DNA of 64,000 nt from a bacterium (lineage in GTDB: Bacteria; Zhuqueibacterota; Zhuqueibacteria; Residuimicrobiales; Krinioviventaceae), in the NCBI GenBank assembly GCA_963693055.1, contig OY843751.1:2624001-2688000 (forward strand). Direction: 5' to 3'. A program made the translations under genes and the position numbers. Under the pieces are notes generated by a model, which saw only the letters and a program-made list of their open reading frames with translations, had not been told where the DNA came from and searched no databases. Below are positions 41,670 through 50,583 of the stretch, in pieces. Each line of letters starts with the position of its first letter. Position 1 is the stretch's first letter.

Positions 41670-42110
41670 TTAACGATTTTGTACGAGAACTCTTTCACCG
41701 TCCTCAAATACAACACTCATTTTCGAATTATTTACAATTTCTTTGACAACACCTAGTCCAAATTTTGCATGGTTAATTGCATCATGTTCTGTAAAGGATT
41801 TCGTCATCTCGTATTCTTCGGGATTATCGGTATCAACCTTGTTACATAGACGGGTCCATTTTCTCTGTTCGGGAGTTTTGGAAGCGGCTTTGGTAGCAGT
41901 TTTTTTGGTAGTACTGCTTTTCTTTGTTGTTGTTTTTTTTGCTTCAAGGTCAGGTGAACGATATCGATGAGAACTGTTACAACTTTTACAAAGGGCTTTA
42001 TAAGGTTTGTCGCTTTTAATTACTTCGATGACATGTACTGTGGCATCTTTACATTTTCCGCACATTGCTTCAATTTCTTGTCCCACAGCATATGACTTGG
42101 ATTCGGACAT
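41670..42110 (-). CDS. Hypothetical protein: Zn ribbon, basic linker, Tudor-like C-terminus
   Basis: CGKC...CKSC..H; K/T-rich linker; INHAKFGLGVV...VVFEDG. Confidence 0.8.
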   Translation of the reverse strand: MSESKSYAVGQEIEAMCGKCKDATVHVIEVIKSDKPYKALCKSCNSSHRYRSPDLEAKKTTTKKSSTTKKTATKAASKTPEQRKWTRLCNKVDTDNPEEYEMTKSFTEHDAINHAKFGLGVVKEIVNNSKMSVVFEDGERVLVQNR

Positions 42111-42250
42111 AACTTTTTCCTTTGATTTGTTATGATATCTAATTTATTTCTCGCAGACTCAATTATAAATGTAAAAAAAATATTTGAATAAAGCAAGGAA
42201 TGTTTTAACTTATAGAGTTTCAAGTATTTATAAATTAATTAGGATCAATT

Positions 42251-42703
42251 ATGTCTCTATTACTACAGTCTATCGGTATTAGTCTCGTCCTTGCTGTTTT
42301 TATTTCCGAATTAACCGGACTATCAGCAGCCGGTTTAATTGTCCCTGGATACTTTGCTTATTATTGGAATGATCCTGTACATTTACTTTTGATCGCATTT
42401 GCTACAATTTACACCTGGCTTACTGAACGATTTGTTTCAAGATTTACAATAATGTTCGGTAAACGTGTTTTTGCATTGACTATATTATCAAGTTTTGTTT
42501 TTATGTATTTAATGGAAAACATTTTATATAATATAGGCTTCCAAATTACCCACATGGGTGATGCTATTGGATATTTTATTCCTGCTTTAATTGTTATTTA
42601 CATTGGTGCTAATGGATTTTTGAATACAATTTTATCCTTAACTTTATTAACCCTGCTAGTTCGAATAATAATGATAGTTTTAATATCTTTAAATTTAATT
42701 TAA
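42251..42703 (+). CDS. PgsC/CapC family poly-gamma-glutamate biosynthesis membrane protein
   Basis: GLSAAGLIVPGYFA, MFGKR.F, IGYFIPALI. Confidence 0.82.
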   Translation: MSLLLQSIGISLVLAVFISELTGLSAAGLIVPGYFAYYWNDPVHLLLIAFATIYTWLTERFVSRFTIMFGKRVFALTILSSFVFMYLMENILYNIGFQITHMGDAIGYFIPALIVIYIGANGFLNTILSLTLLTLLVRIIMIVLISLNLI

Positions 42704-42705
42704 AT

Positions 42706-43335
42706 TTATCTTTTTAACAATTTGAATGCTATGTTAGGTCCAAGTTGTTGTTTATATGCTAAACTTATCCATAACATGGCAAGCGCTTCTAAATTTCTTG
42801 CTGCATCAAGCTCGCCTGCATCAATAACTTCAAAACCCAATTCAACTGCTAATAATTTTACAGTCTTTTTAGCGTTTTTATCATTACCACAGATAAACAT
42901 TGTAGCTTGTTCAATTCCGAACATGGCATCCATCATATTGCCGGAACCTGTTGTGTTGAACGCTTTAACAACATTAGCCTGTGGTACTCTATCAGCAATA
43001 ATTTCTGCAGCAGATTTGCAATTTTCAAATTCGATTAAAGTAAGGTCAGAATTTAAAGGATTTGTACAGTCCACAATTGTCTTTTTATCAAGCTTTCAAA
43101 GCTTTTCTATCACATTCAAGGCGGATGTCCAGGGTGTTGCTAATACAATTACATCTGAATGTGATGCGGCTTGTTCAATGTCAACTGCTATACTGTTGTT
43201 GCATTCTTTTAATAGAGAGAGAACTTTGGGGGATCTTGGATTTCTTGAACCAAAAGTTATTTCATGGTTCATTGCTGACCAGCGTTTTCCCAGTGCTGTA
43301 CCTACTGCTCCGGTGCCAATAATGGAAATTTTCAT
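42706..43335 (-). pseudogene. NADPH-dependent F420 reductase family (NpdG-like) gene with one in-frame TGA
   Basis: GTGAVG Rossmann motif, DCTNPL, VVKAFNT; the two ORFs share a frame and are separated only by TGA at 43096-43098 (IEKL*KLDKKTIVDCTNPL). Confidence 0.85.
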
Positions 43336-43402
43336 AGAACCTCCTGATTATTGTTTTGTACTATATTAACAATAAATCAAGAGTATTTATTTTAAGAAAT
43401 GT

Positions 43403-44929
43403 TTAATTATTTTTAATGGGAAAAGTTAATATTATCTCAGTGCCCTGTTCTGGTTTACTATTAACACTAATATTGCCATAATGTTCATGAATAATTTTAT
43501 AGCAGATAGATAACCCAAGCCCTGTACCAATTCCTGAACTTTTTGTAGTAAAACCGGGTTCAAAAATATGTTTCAAATCTTCCTGAGATATACCTCTACC
43601 GGTATCTTTGAATGTTACAATCACATTTTTTTGATCTGAATGTGTTGAAACAGTAATTATACCTGTGGATGTAATTGCTTCTCTAGCGTTCAACATGATA
43701 TTCCAAAAAACTTGATTTAGCTTGGCAGGAGAGCACAGTATCTTGGGAACTTTATTAAACCGAGTTTGGATTTCAATGTTCTTGTCTAAGCCACTTTTAA
43801 CAAGACGTATTGTATCTTCAAGACCTTCATGAACATCAAATAATTGAGTTTCAGCTTCATCAAGATTTGCAAAATTACGCATCGCTTTAACAATTTCAGT
43901 AATTCTGTTTGTACCATCTTCGGTCACACGATTAGCTTCGCGTAATACTTTAAAGTAATTTTCAATTTTTTTGTCATTTTCTTTGATATAATTCTCTTTA
44001 ATATGAGATTCAAGCTTACCTGTTGCACTTTTAACCGATTGTTGCATACTTTTTACGGCACCAATAGGATTATTGATTTCGTGAGCTATTCCAGCTGCCA
44101 ATTGGCCAACAGAAGCCATTGTTTTTGATTCAACCAATAGGGATTGTGTATTTTCAAGCTCTATTGTTCTTTCCTTTACTTTGGTTTCAAGATTTTCATT
44201 TAATTCTTCAACCATGCCAAATTGATATCGAAGTATTGCTATATAGAAAATAACTACACCAATAGGAAAAGCTAGAAAAACATAGATTTGCCAATTAATC
44301 CTAAAAAGAGGTAGAATATATATCAAAGAAATTACAGATCCATATATTATTCGGAATGCAATGATGTTTAAAAAGAGATATTCTCTGAAAATTTTATCTT
44401 TGGATTTTCTAAAAGCTGTATTAAGTGAAAATAAAATCTTACCTAAGCCTGTTACCAGTATAAATAAAAAGATTATAGAGATGGGACCAAATTTTATTTG
44501 AAATTTAGTAGAGTTAATACGTTCGATATTGTTAATAAATAAATGTGTCTCTTTGAGAACATAGAGCGTAATTGACCATAAAATTAACCCCAGAAAAAAA
44601 TAAAACCATACAGGTATATTTTTACCAAATAGTTTTACAACTTTGAATTGCCCTTTTCCTGTTAAAATGTTTGAATACATGATTGCAAAGATAATGGAAA
44701 ATATTGCAAACAAGGGAACAATCCTCAAATGTTCTTCGGAAATTGTCATTTCTTTGCGTGTTGCTAGAAAAGTAAACAGGGTAGCCATTCCCAGTAATAA
44801 ACTGAAAATTGAAAGCATTTTCCATTGTGATCCACCTTTTCCAGAAAAATATGAAACGATAGAAAGTGAAAAGAGAAACACCATGCTGATAAGTGGGGGG
44901 ATAGAATATATACTAATTGTGGTTGGCAT
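43403..44929 (-). CDS. Membrane sensor histidine kinase (multi-TM N-terminus)
   Basis: AAGIAHEINNP, NQVFWNIMLNA, FEPGFTTK, GTGLGL. Confidence 0.92.
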   Translation of the reverse strand: MPTTISIYSIPPLISMVFLFSLSIVSYFSGKGGSQWKMLSIFSLLLGMATLFTFLATRKEMTISEEHLRIVPLFAIFSIIFAIMYSNILTGKGQFKVVKLFGKNIPVWFYFFLGLILWSITLYVLKETHLFINNIERINSTKFQIKFGPISIIFLFILVTGLGKILFSLNTAFRKSKDKIFREYLFLNIIAFRIIYGSVISLIYILPLFRINWQIYVFLAFPIGVVIFYIAILRYQFGMVEELNENLETKVKERTIELENTQSLLVESKTMASVGQLAAGIAHEINNPIGAVKSMQQSVKSATGKLESHIKENYIKENDKKIENYFKVLREANRVTEDGTNRITEIVKAMRNFANLDEAETQLFDVHEGLEDTIRLVKSGLDKNIEIQTRFNKVPKILCSPAKLNQVFWNIMLNAREAITSTGIITVSTHSDQKNVIVTFKDTGRGISQEDLKHIFEPGFTTKSSGIGTGLGLSICYKIIHEHYGNISVNSKPEQGTEIILTFPIKNN

Positions 44930-44957
44930 GACTTTCCTTTGATATCATTAATAAATA

Positions 44958-45674
44958 TCAATTACTAATATATTCATCCGGATTATTTAAAAACTTTTTG
45001 TATACCTGGTAATAACTGGTCTCTTTATAATCAATTTTGCTGCCACCTGGTGTGTCAAATGAATAAATATCAGCACCAGGACATGCAAGTAAAAGGGGAG
45101 AATGTGATACAATTACCATTTGGATGTTATCACTTTTAATAATTTTTTGCAATAGTTTAATAAATAAAATTTGACTGGATGGTGAAAGTGCTGTTTCTGG
45201 TTCATCCAAAAAATAAATTCCTTTTTTTTCATATCTGGCGGTAAAATATGATAAAATAGATTGTCCATGGGATTGAGTCATTAATGATTTGCCACCAAAA
45301 TAATCCAACAATCCTGAATCCATAGAACTCCATTCATCAACAATTTGACTGAAATTGTGAAAATGCTGAGAAGAAAAAAAAGATCCTTGTATAACACCAT
45401 CATTCCAGGGCATATCAATATATTGGTAAAGCATTTCTTCATATGGATTGTTTTCGATTCTAGATCTTTCAATGCCTTTCCAGATATAGATTCCAGCTCT
45501 TTTAGCCATACTTTTAAGAATTGTACTTTTTCCGGATCCGTTTTCCCCAACAAAAAAAGTAACATTTGATTTGAATGGAATGGTAATTCTTTCTTTGAAT
45601 AAATTAATGTTAAAGGGGTAACAATCTTCTTTTGGAAACTGGATTGGATCTACTGTAATACTTTTAATATGCAT
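44958..45674 (-). CDS. ABC-type/AAA ATPase
   Basis: GENGSGKST, QSHGQS, LDEPETALSP, SHSPLL. Confidence 0.9.
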   Translation of the reverse strand: MHIKSITVDPIQFPKEDCYPFNINLFKERITIPFKSNVTFFVGENGSGKSTILKSMAKRAGIYIWKGIERSRIENNPYEEMLYQYIDMPWNDGVIQGSFFSSQHFHNFSQIVDEWSSMDSGLLDYFGGKSLMTQSHGQSILSYFTARYEKKGIYFLDEPETALSPSSQILFIKLLQKIIKSDNIQMVIVSHSPLLLACPGADIYSFDTPGGSKIDYKETSYYQVYKKFLNNPDEYISN

Positions 45675-45761
45675 TTATCTTGATCTTTAAGTTTATTAAA
45701 TTTTTATCAATATAAGTAAATTTAACCTAAAATAAAAAAATTAAATTTATTTGGAACTTTT

Positions 45762-45805
45762 TACGAAGAGCTTCGTATTAAATGCTAACTACGAAATGAT
45801 TCGTA
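45762..45805. promoter_or_regulatory. Two palindromic operators TACGAA-N4-TTCGTA (putative BlaI-family sites)
   Basis: TACGAAgagcTTCGTA at 45762-45777 and TACGAAatgaTTCGTA at 45790-45805, directly upstream of the repressor gene. Confidence 0.8.
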
Positions 45806-45821
45806 TTAAATTGGAGTTATT

Positions 45822-46205
45822 ATGTCCGACTATAAACCAACCGATTCAGAATTAGAGATTCTAAAGTTATTGTGGGAAAAAAGTCCCAGAACTGTACGGG
45901 AAATTAACAATCTGTTAAATCAAGAAAAAAAAGTGGGGTATACTACAACTTTGAAAATAATGCAGATCATGTATCAAAAAGGTTACCTCACAAGGACAAA
46001 GCAAGGCAAAGTTCATTATTATACGGTTTCTATTGAGCAACAAAAAACCCGTCAGGATTTATTAGACAAGCTTGTAAAAACCGCATTTGATGGATCATCA
46101 TTTAAATTGGTAATGCAGGCATTGGGTAGTGGAACCCGCTCTAAAAATGAACTGGATAAAATTCGTCAGTACCTTGATCAACTCGAAGGAGAAAACAATG
46201 ATTAA
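45822..46205 (+). CDS. BlaI/MecI/CopY family transcriptional repressor
   Basis: PTDSELEILKLLW, GYTTTLKIMQIM, FDGSSFKLVMQAL. Confidence 0.95.
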   Translation: MSDYKPTDSELEILKLLWEKSPRTVREINNLLNQEKKVGYTTTLKIMQIMYQKGYLTRTKQGKVHYYTVSIEQQKTRQDLLDKLVKTAFDGSSFKLVMQALGSGTRSKNELDKIRQYLDQLEGENND

Positions 46206-46990
46206 TACGAGTTTTATATCAACTCCCGTTACTCATGCAATCGGCTTGGCCTTGATTCATTCTATCTGGCAGGGAATATTAATTGGATTTTTGGCTGGTA
46301 TTTTTTTGGTTTTTATTAAAAATGAACGTCCGGAAATTAAATACAATATAGCTATTTCAGCTATGTTTTTCATGTTTATCACTTTTGTTGTTACATTTAT
46401 TATTTCATTTTATAATACCCATCATACGTCACAAATAATAACTCAAACTGCTAAAGTCCAGGTTTTTAATTCAACTCAAAGCATTATTCCAATCACTCCG
46501 AATGCTTTCACAATATTATTGATAAATGTTGAACCTTTTTTACCAATAATAACTATGATATGGTTAGTTGGAGTGCTTGCTCATATATTACAAATTTCAA
46601 AAGATTTGTTAAGGGTTCACTACCTGAAAACACGAAATATAAAAAGTGTTAATCCTGAATTAGCCAAAGTTTTTAATTTAGTTGCAAATCAGATGCGTAT
46701 TTTGAAAAATTTTCATGTGTTTGAATCTTCCAAAGTTCGAATTCCCATGGTTATTGGTTATCTAAAACCCGTCATTTTACTGCCTGCTGGCGTATTCACA
46801 GGTTTTTCAACCAAACAAATAGAATCTATCATTGCACACGAGCTTGCTCATATATTGAGAAATGACTATTTGATAAACATTATAATTTCTTTTATTAAAC
46901 CTGTGTTTTTTTATCATCCGGTTTTTTGGTGGTTTGTATCGATCATTGAACAGGAAAGAGAAAAATGCTGTGACGATAGGGCAATAACTG

Positions 46991-48430
46991 GAGTTATTGT
47001 CAATAGTTGTGGATCAAAAAGCGTATCCATTTCATAAAAGTTAAGCTGCCAACTTAAACAATTCCTGATTTTCCGGTTCACCATTCACAAATTTTTCTCC
47101 TTTAATCACAAATGGTATCCACTTGTACCCTCTCAAACGCCGCCACCGTTTTTCCGCTTCTTTAGCCAGTTTAAAAACCATAGTCAAAGTCGCCTGACTT
47201 GAACCGCAGCCCTTTGTTCTCCGCGTCCTGAGTCTCACTGTAGCAAAGGTAGATTCAATGGGATTCGTGGTCCGGATATGCTGCCAATGTGAATCCGGGA
47301 AATCATAAAAAGTAAAAAGTTGATCATAATCTTTTACCAGACAATTAACAACTTTGGGATACTTGTCTTCATAAATTTTGATAAATCTATGATAAGCGAT
47401 TAACGCATTTTCTTTGGTCTCAGCCATATACATTTCATGAATAAGCGATTTGGCATTTGTCTGCGCACTTTTCGGTAGCTTATCCAATATGTTGGCTGTC
47501 TTGTGGACCCAGCAGCGCTGTTCACGAGACTCGGGATAAACTTGTGGCAAAGCTTTCCAAAAACCGAGGGCACCGTCTGCGATTGCCAGTTTCGGTCCCA
47601 TCTCAAGTCCCTGGTCCTTTAACTCCAACAGCAGTTCTTTCCAGCTCAATTCGCTTTCTCGAAAGCCTTCTTTGACCGCCAAAAGCTCTTTTCGCCCATA
47701 TTCGTCCGCTCCAATAATCACTAAAATACAAGGATTTACGCCTTTCAATCGAACATTGAAATAGACACCATCGGCCCAGATGTATACATAGTGTTTGCCG
47801 GACAGATCACGCCTGGCCCATTGCTTGTACTCTGACTCCCATTCTTCTTTCAAGCGCACAACCGTGTTGGCTGAAAGTCCTTTGACTTTATCTCCAAGTA
47901 TAGCCGACAATGCAGCCGGGAAGTCCTGTGTCGAAATGCCCTTCAAATAAAGGGCAGGTATCAGGTTATTCAGGCTGGGTGTCCGTCTCAGGTATTTGGG
48001 TAGTATCTCACTTGTAAAGCCTTCTACGCCATGTTCCTGCCGTAATTTCCTGTCATCCACTCGCGGCTGCCGGATCGTTATTGGACCTGAACTGGACAAT
48101 ATTGTGCGCTCCGGCATGGAACCATTGCGTACGGCCAGGCGGTGACCTTGTTCATCTCTGTGATTTTTATAGCGATCAAGGTATTCCTGAACTTCGTTTT
48201 CTATGGCTGCTGCCAATATTTGTTGCGCTCCATTTCGAATAATTTCATCCAAACTTTTATTGAATGTTGTGGTTTCTGCTTGCAGTTCTGACTTTGTTGT
48301 ATTACCTTTTTTCATAGCGTGTCCTTTTTGGTTTTATCTTTTTTCTTGGTCGAAAAAAAATACTTAAAAACTATAGGATACGCTTTTTTATTTATTTTTT
48401 CAAGTCATCCACAACATTAGAATATAACTC
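46991..48430 (-). mobile_element. IS256-family insertion sequence (1440 bp)
   Basis: Imperfect 24-bp TIRs GAGTTATtgtcaataGTTGTGGAT / GAGTTATattctaatGTTGTGGAT; 9-bp target duplication CAATAACTG at 46982-46990 and 48431-48439. Confidence 0.95.
47041..48315 (-). CDS. IS256 family transposase
   Basis: RNGS...PRV.DR, LYLKGIST, WADGVY, IADG, QRCWVHK, RTTNPIESTF. Confidence 0.96.
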   Translation of the reverse strand: MKKGNTTKSELQAETTTFNKSLDEIIRNGAQQILAAAIENEVQEYLDRYKNHRDEQGHRLAVRNGSMPERTILSSSGPITIRQPRVDDRKLRQEHGVEGFTSEILPKYLRRTPSLNNLIPALYLKGISTQDFPAALSAILGDKVKGLSANTVVRLKEEWESEYKQWARRDLSGKHYVYIWADGVYFNVRLKGVNPCILVIIGADEYGRKELLAVKEGFRESELSWKELLLELKDQGLEMGPKLAIADGALGFWKALPQVYPESREQRCWVHKTANILDKLPKSAQTNAKSLIHEMYMAETKENALIAYHRFIKIYEDKYPKVVNCLVKDYDQLFTFYDFPDSHWQHIRTTNPIESTFATVRLRTRRTKGCGSSQATLTMVFKLAKEAEKRWRRLRGYKWIPFVIKGEKFVNGEPENQELFKLAA

Positions 48431-48866
48431 CAATAACTGTTGTTTCTGATTCACTTTTGTACGCTCGCTCTCTGGAAAAATTGTATCAATTTAATTTAAC
48501 ATCTCCTTCCATTGCAATGACAGCTATTAAGAATAACAACCAGGTATTTAAACGGATAAAACGAATTACGAATCCTGTTGTAATGGAAAGTAACAGACTG
48601 GGAGAGACATTGCTGCTTACATTATTCATTATTGGTTTATGCATATTTTCTGCTAATGCTCAATCTGGAATTAATAATACCGATTCAACAAATCATTCAC
48701 AAAATGAAAACATCTCAGATTCACTATTACATAAAGATCTTTCTGAAACAATACCTGTGGAGAACAATGATAAATCAGAAAGCAATAATACTTGTAATGC
48801 TTATCTTTGAATTTGAGAAATGGGCCAAAATTATTAAATTAGATAAAACAGAACAAAGGAGGCCCA

Positions 48867-49172
48867 TTGAGTACCCGACAACGATTTACAGCCGAAGCCA
48901 AAGTACAGATACTACGTGAACATTTGGAAAATAATGTCAAGATATCCGAATTAGCTGAAAAATATAAAGTTCATCCTGGTGTGATCCAGCGATGGAAAAA
49001 AGAACTCTTTGAAAACGCACTTGATGGTTTTTCCGGCCAGCATAAAAATCGTAAAGATAAAACCCGCAAAGAAGAACAACTTGAGCATAAAGTGATCAAA
49101 ATGCAGGAAGTGATTACCGAGCTGTCAACAGAGGTGATTGATTTGCGAAAAAAGTATTTTGGGGCCCCCTGA
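48867..49172 (+). CDS. IS3-family transposase OrfA (HTH + coiled coil)
   Basis: RQRFTAEAKVQIL...ISELAEKYKVHPGVIQRWKK. Confidence 0.92.
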   Translation: MSTRQRFTAEAKVQILREHLENNVKISELAEKYKVHPGVIQRWKKELFENALDGFSGQHKNRKDKTRKEEQLEHKVIKMQEVITELSTEVIDLRKKYFGAP

Positions 49173-49191
49173 AAGATCGTTGGGTAGCCCC
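49148..49191 (+). promoter_or_regulatory. Programmed -1 ribosomal frameshift signal
   Basis: A_AAA_AAG at 49148-49154 in the OrfA frame; upstream GAGG at 49131; downstream GGGGC...GCCCC stem; a -1 shift enters the OrfB frame. Confidence 0.85.
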
Positions 49192-49246
49192 TGACATACG
49201 CGATGACATTATCACTACATTTGACCGGTTAAAAACACAAACCCAT

Positions 49247-50140
49247 GTGCCAGTTAACACCTTGCTCAACGCGGCAGGATTATCGTGGGCCAGGTACCAT
49301 GACTGGCAAAAACGATTTGGACAACCCAATAGGCACAACAGCGATACGCCGCGCGACTTTTGGCTTGAGCCGTGGGAAAAACAGGCGATAATTGATTACA
49401 AAAAAGATCACATGGAAACCGGATATAGACGTTTAACCTATGAGATGCTGGATAACGACATTGTTGCCGTCAGCCCGTCAACAAGCTACAGGATATTGCG
49501 TCTGGCAGGCTTGACAAGTCGTTGGAATAACAAGACCTTAGAGGTAAAACGGAAAGGATTCGTGCAGCCAAAGAAACCTCATGAGCACTGGCACATGGAC
49601 ATATCCTATGTCAACTTTCATGGATCACACCTGTTTTTGATCTCTGTACTTGACGGATATTCCCGCTTTATTGTGCACCATGAGCTCAGAACACATATGC
49701 AGGAATACGATGTGGAGATCGTACTTCAACGGGCTCTGGAAAAATATCCGGACAAGACACCAAGGATCATTTCAGATAATGGCACCCAGTTCATTGCCAA
49801 CGATTTTAAATCCTTTTTGAGATTGAACAATCTGACACATGTACGAACATCGGTCAATCATCCACAAGCAAATGGAAAACAGGAAGCATTCCACAAGACA
49901 ATCAAAAATGAATGTATTCGTGTTAAAAGCTTTCTGGGTTTGGAGGATGCGAGAAAAATAGTTGCTGAATATGTTCATGAATATAACCATAAACGACTGC
50001 ATAGCGGCATAAACTATATCGCTCCGTATGATATGTTATGTGGCCGGGCTGAAATCATTTTCAAAGAACGTGATTTGAAACTTGAACAAGCACGACAAAG
50101 ACGAAAGGAAAAGGCACAACTTGAACGAAAAGCAGCTTAG
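49247..50140 (+). CDS. IS3-family transposase OrfB (DDE integrase core); frame open from 49154
   Basis: GYRRL, WHMDISY, ISDNG.QF, PQANGKQE, YNHKRLHS. Confidence 0.95.
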   Translation: MPVNTLLNAAGLSWARYHDWQKRFGQPNRHNSDTPRDFWLEPWEKQAIIDYKKDHMETGYRRLTYEMLDNDIVAVSPSTSYRILRLAGLTSRWNNKTLEVKRKGFVQPKKPHEHWHMDISYVNFHGSHLFLISVLDGYSRFIVHHELRTHMQEYDVEIVLQRALEKYPDKTPRIISDNGTQFIANDFKSFLRLNNLTHVRTSVNHPQANGKQEAFHKTIKNECIRVKSFLGLEDARKIVAEYVHEYNHKRLHSGINYIAPYDMLCGRAEIIFKERDLKLEQARQRRKEKAQLERKAA

Positions 50141-50583
50141 AGTTTTTTTTCGAATCCCTTCTCACAAGTGTTGGAAGGGTGAGGAGAAAAAACTCGGACT
50201 ATAACTTATTTTAAAGTGGCCTTTTCTCAAATTTTCCTTGAACCATTACAGTATTCGGAACTAGAATCAATACAATTGATTTTGATCAATTACATGAAAA
50301 TATATTACTCATGCAACAGCATTTAGATTCTGTTATGGTTAATAGTAAAGATTATGAGGCACAATTATCAATTGTACAGGATAAATTAAACGATCCTGAA
50401 TTTATGAAGCAAATAGAACTTGCAATTGAAAACGATCTTCAAAATGTTAAAATAGACACTCAGGTATTAGAGGAGAAAATAAAATCCCTAAATGAAGAAA
50501 AAATTAAAGAAATAAACAAAGCATTAAAAGAACTGAATCAATCAGTTGAAAATCAAGATAATGACTAAAAATATATATTTTTT

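Larger units (their letters stand above)
48793..50250 (+). mobile_element. IS3-family insertion sequence (1458 bp)
   Basis: TG...CA ends; imperfect ~33-bp TIRs TGTAATG...AATTTGAGAAA..GGCC; orfA/orfB layout; no target duplication visible. Confidence 0.93.
46198..50568 (+). pseudogene. BlaR1/M56 family metalloprotease split into three fragments by two IS insertions
   Basis: HSIWQG, HELAH and FYHP..WW..EREKCCD in 46198-46990; continues in frame at 48440-48792 and 50251-50568; rejoined ORF is 1464 nt (487 aa). Confidence 0.9.

Noticed and set aside
43096-43098. Alternative genetic code (UGA=Gly) or selenocysteine
   Set aside because: TGA ends several conserved genes in the window at the expected positions; the site is not Cys-equivalent and no SECIS is evident.
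42722-43369. 215-aa + strand ORF
   Set aside because: Antisense shadow of the F420 reductase-family gene; no motifs of its own.
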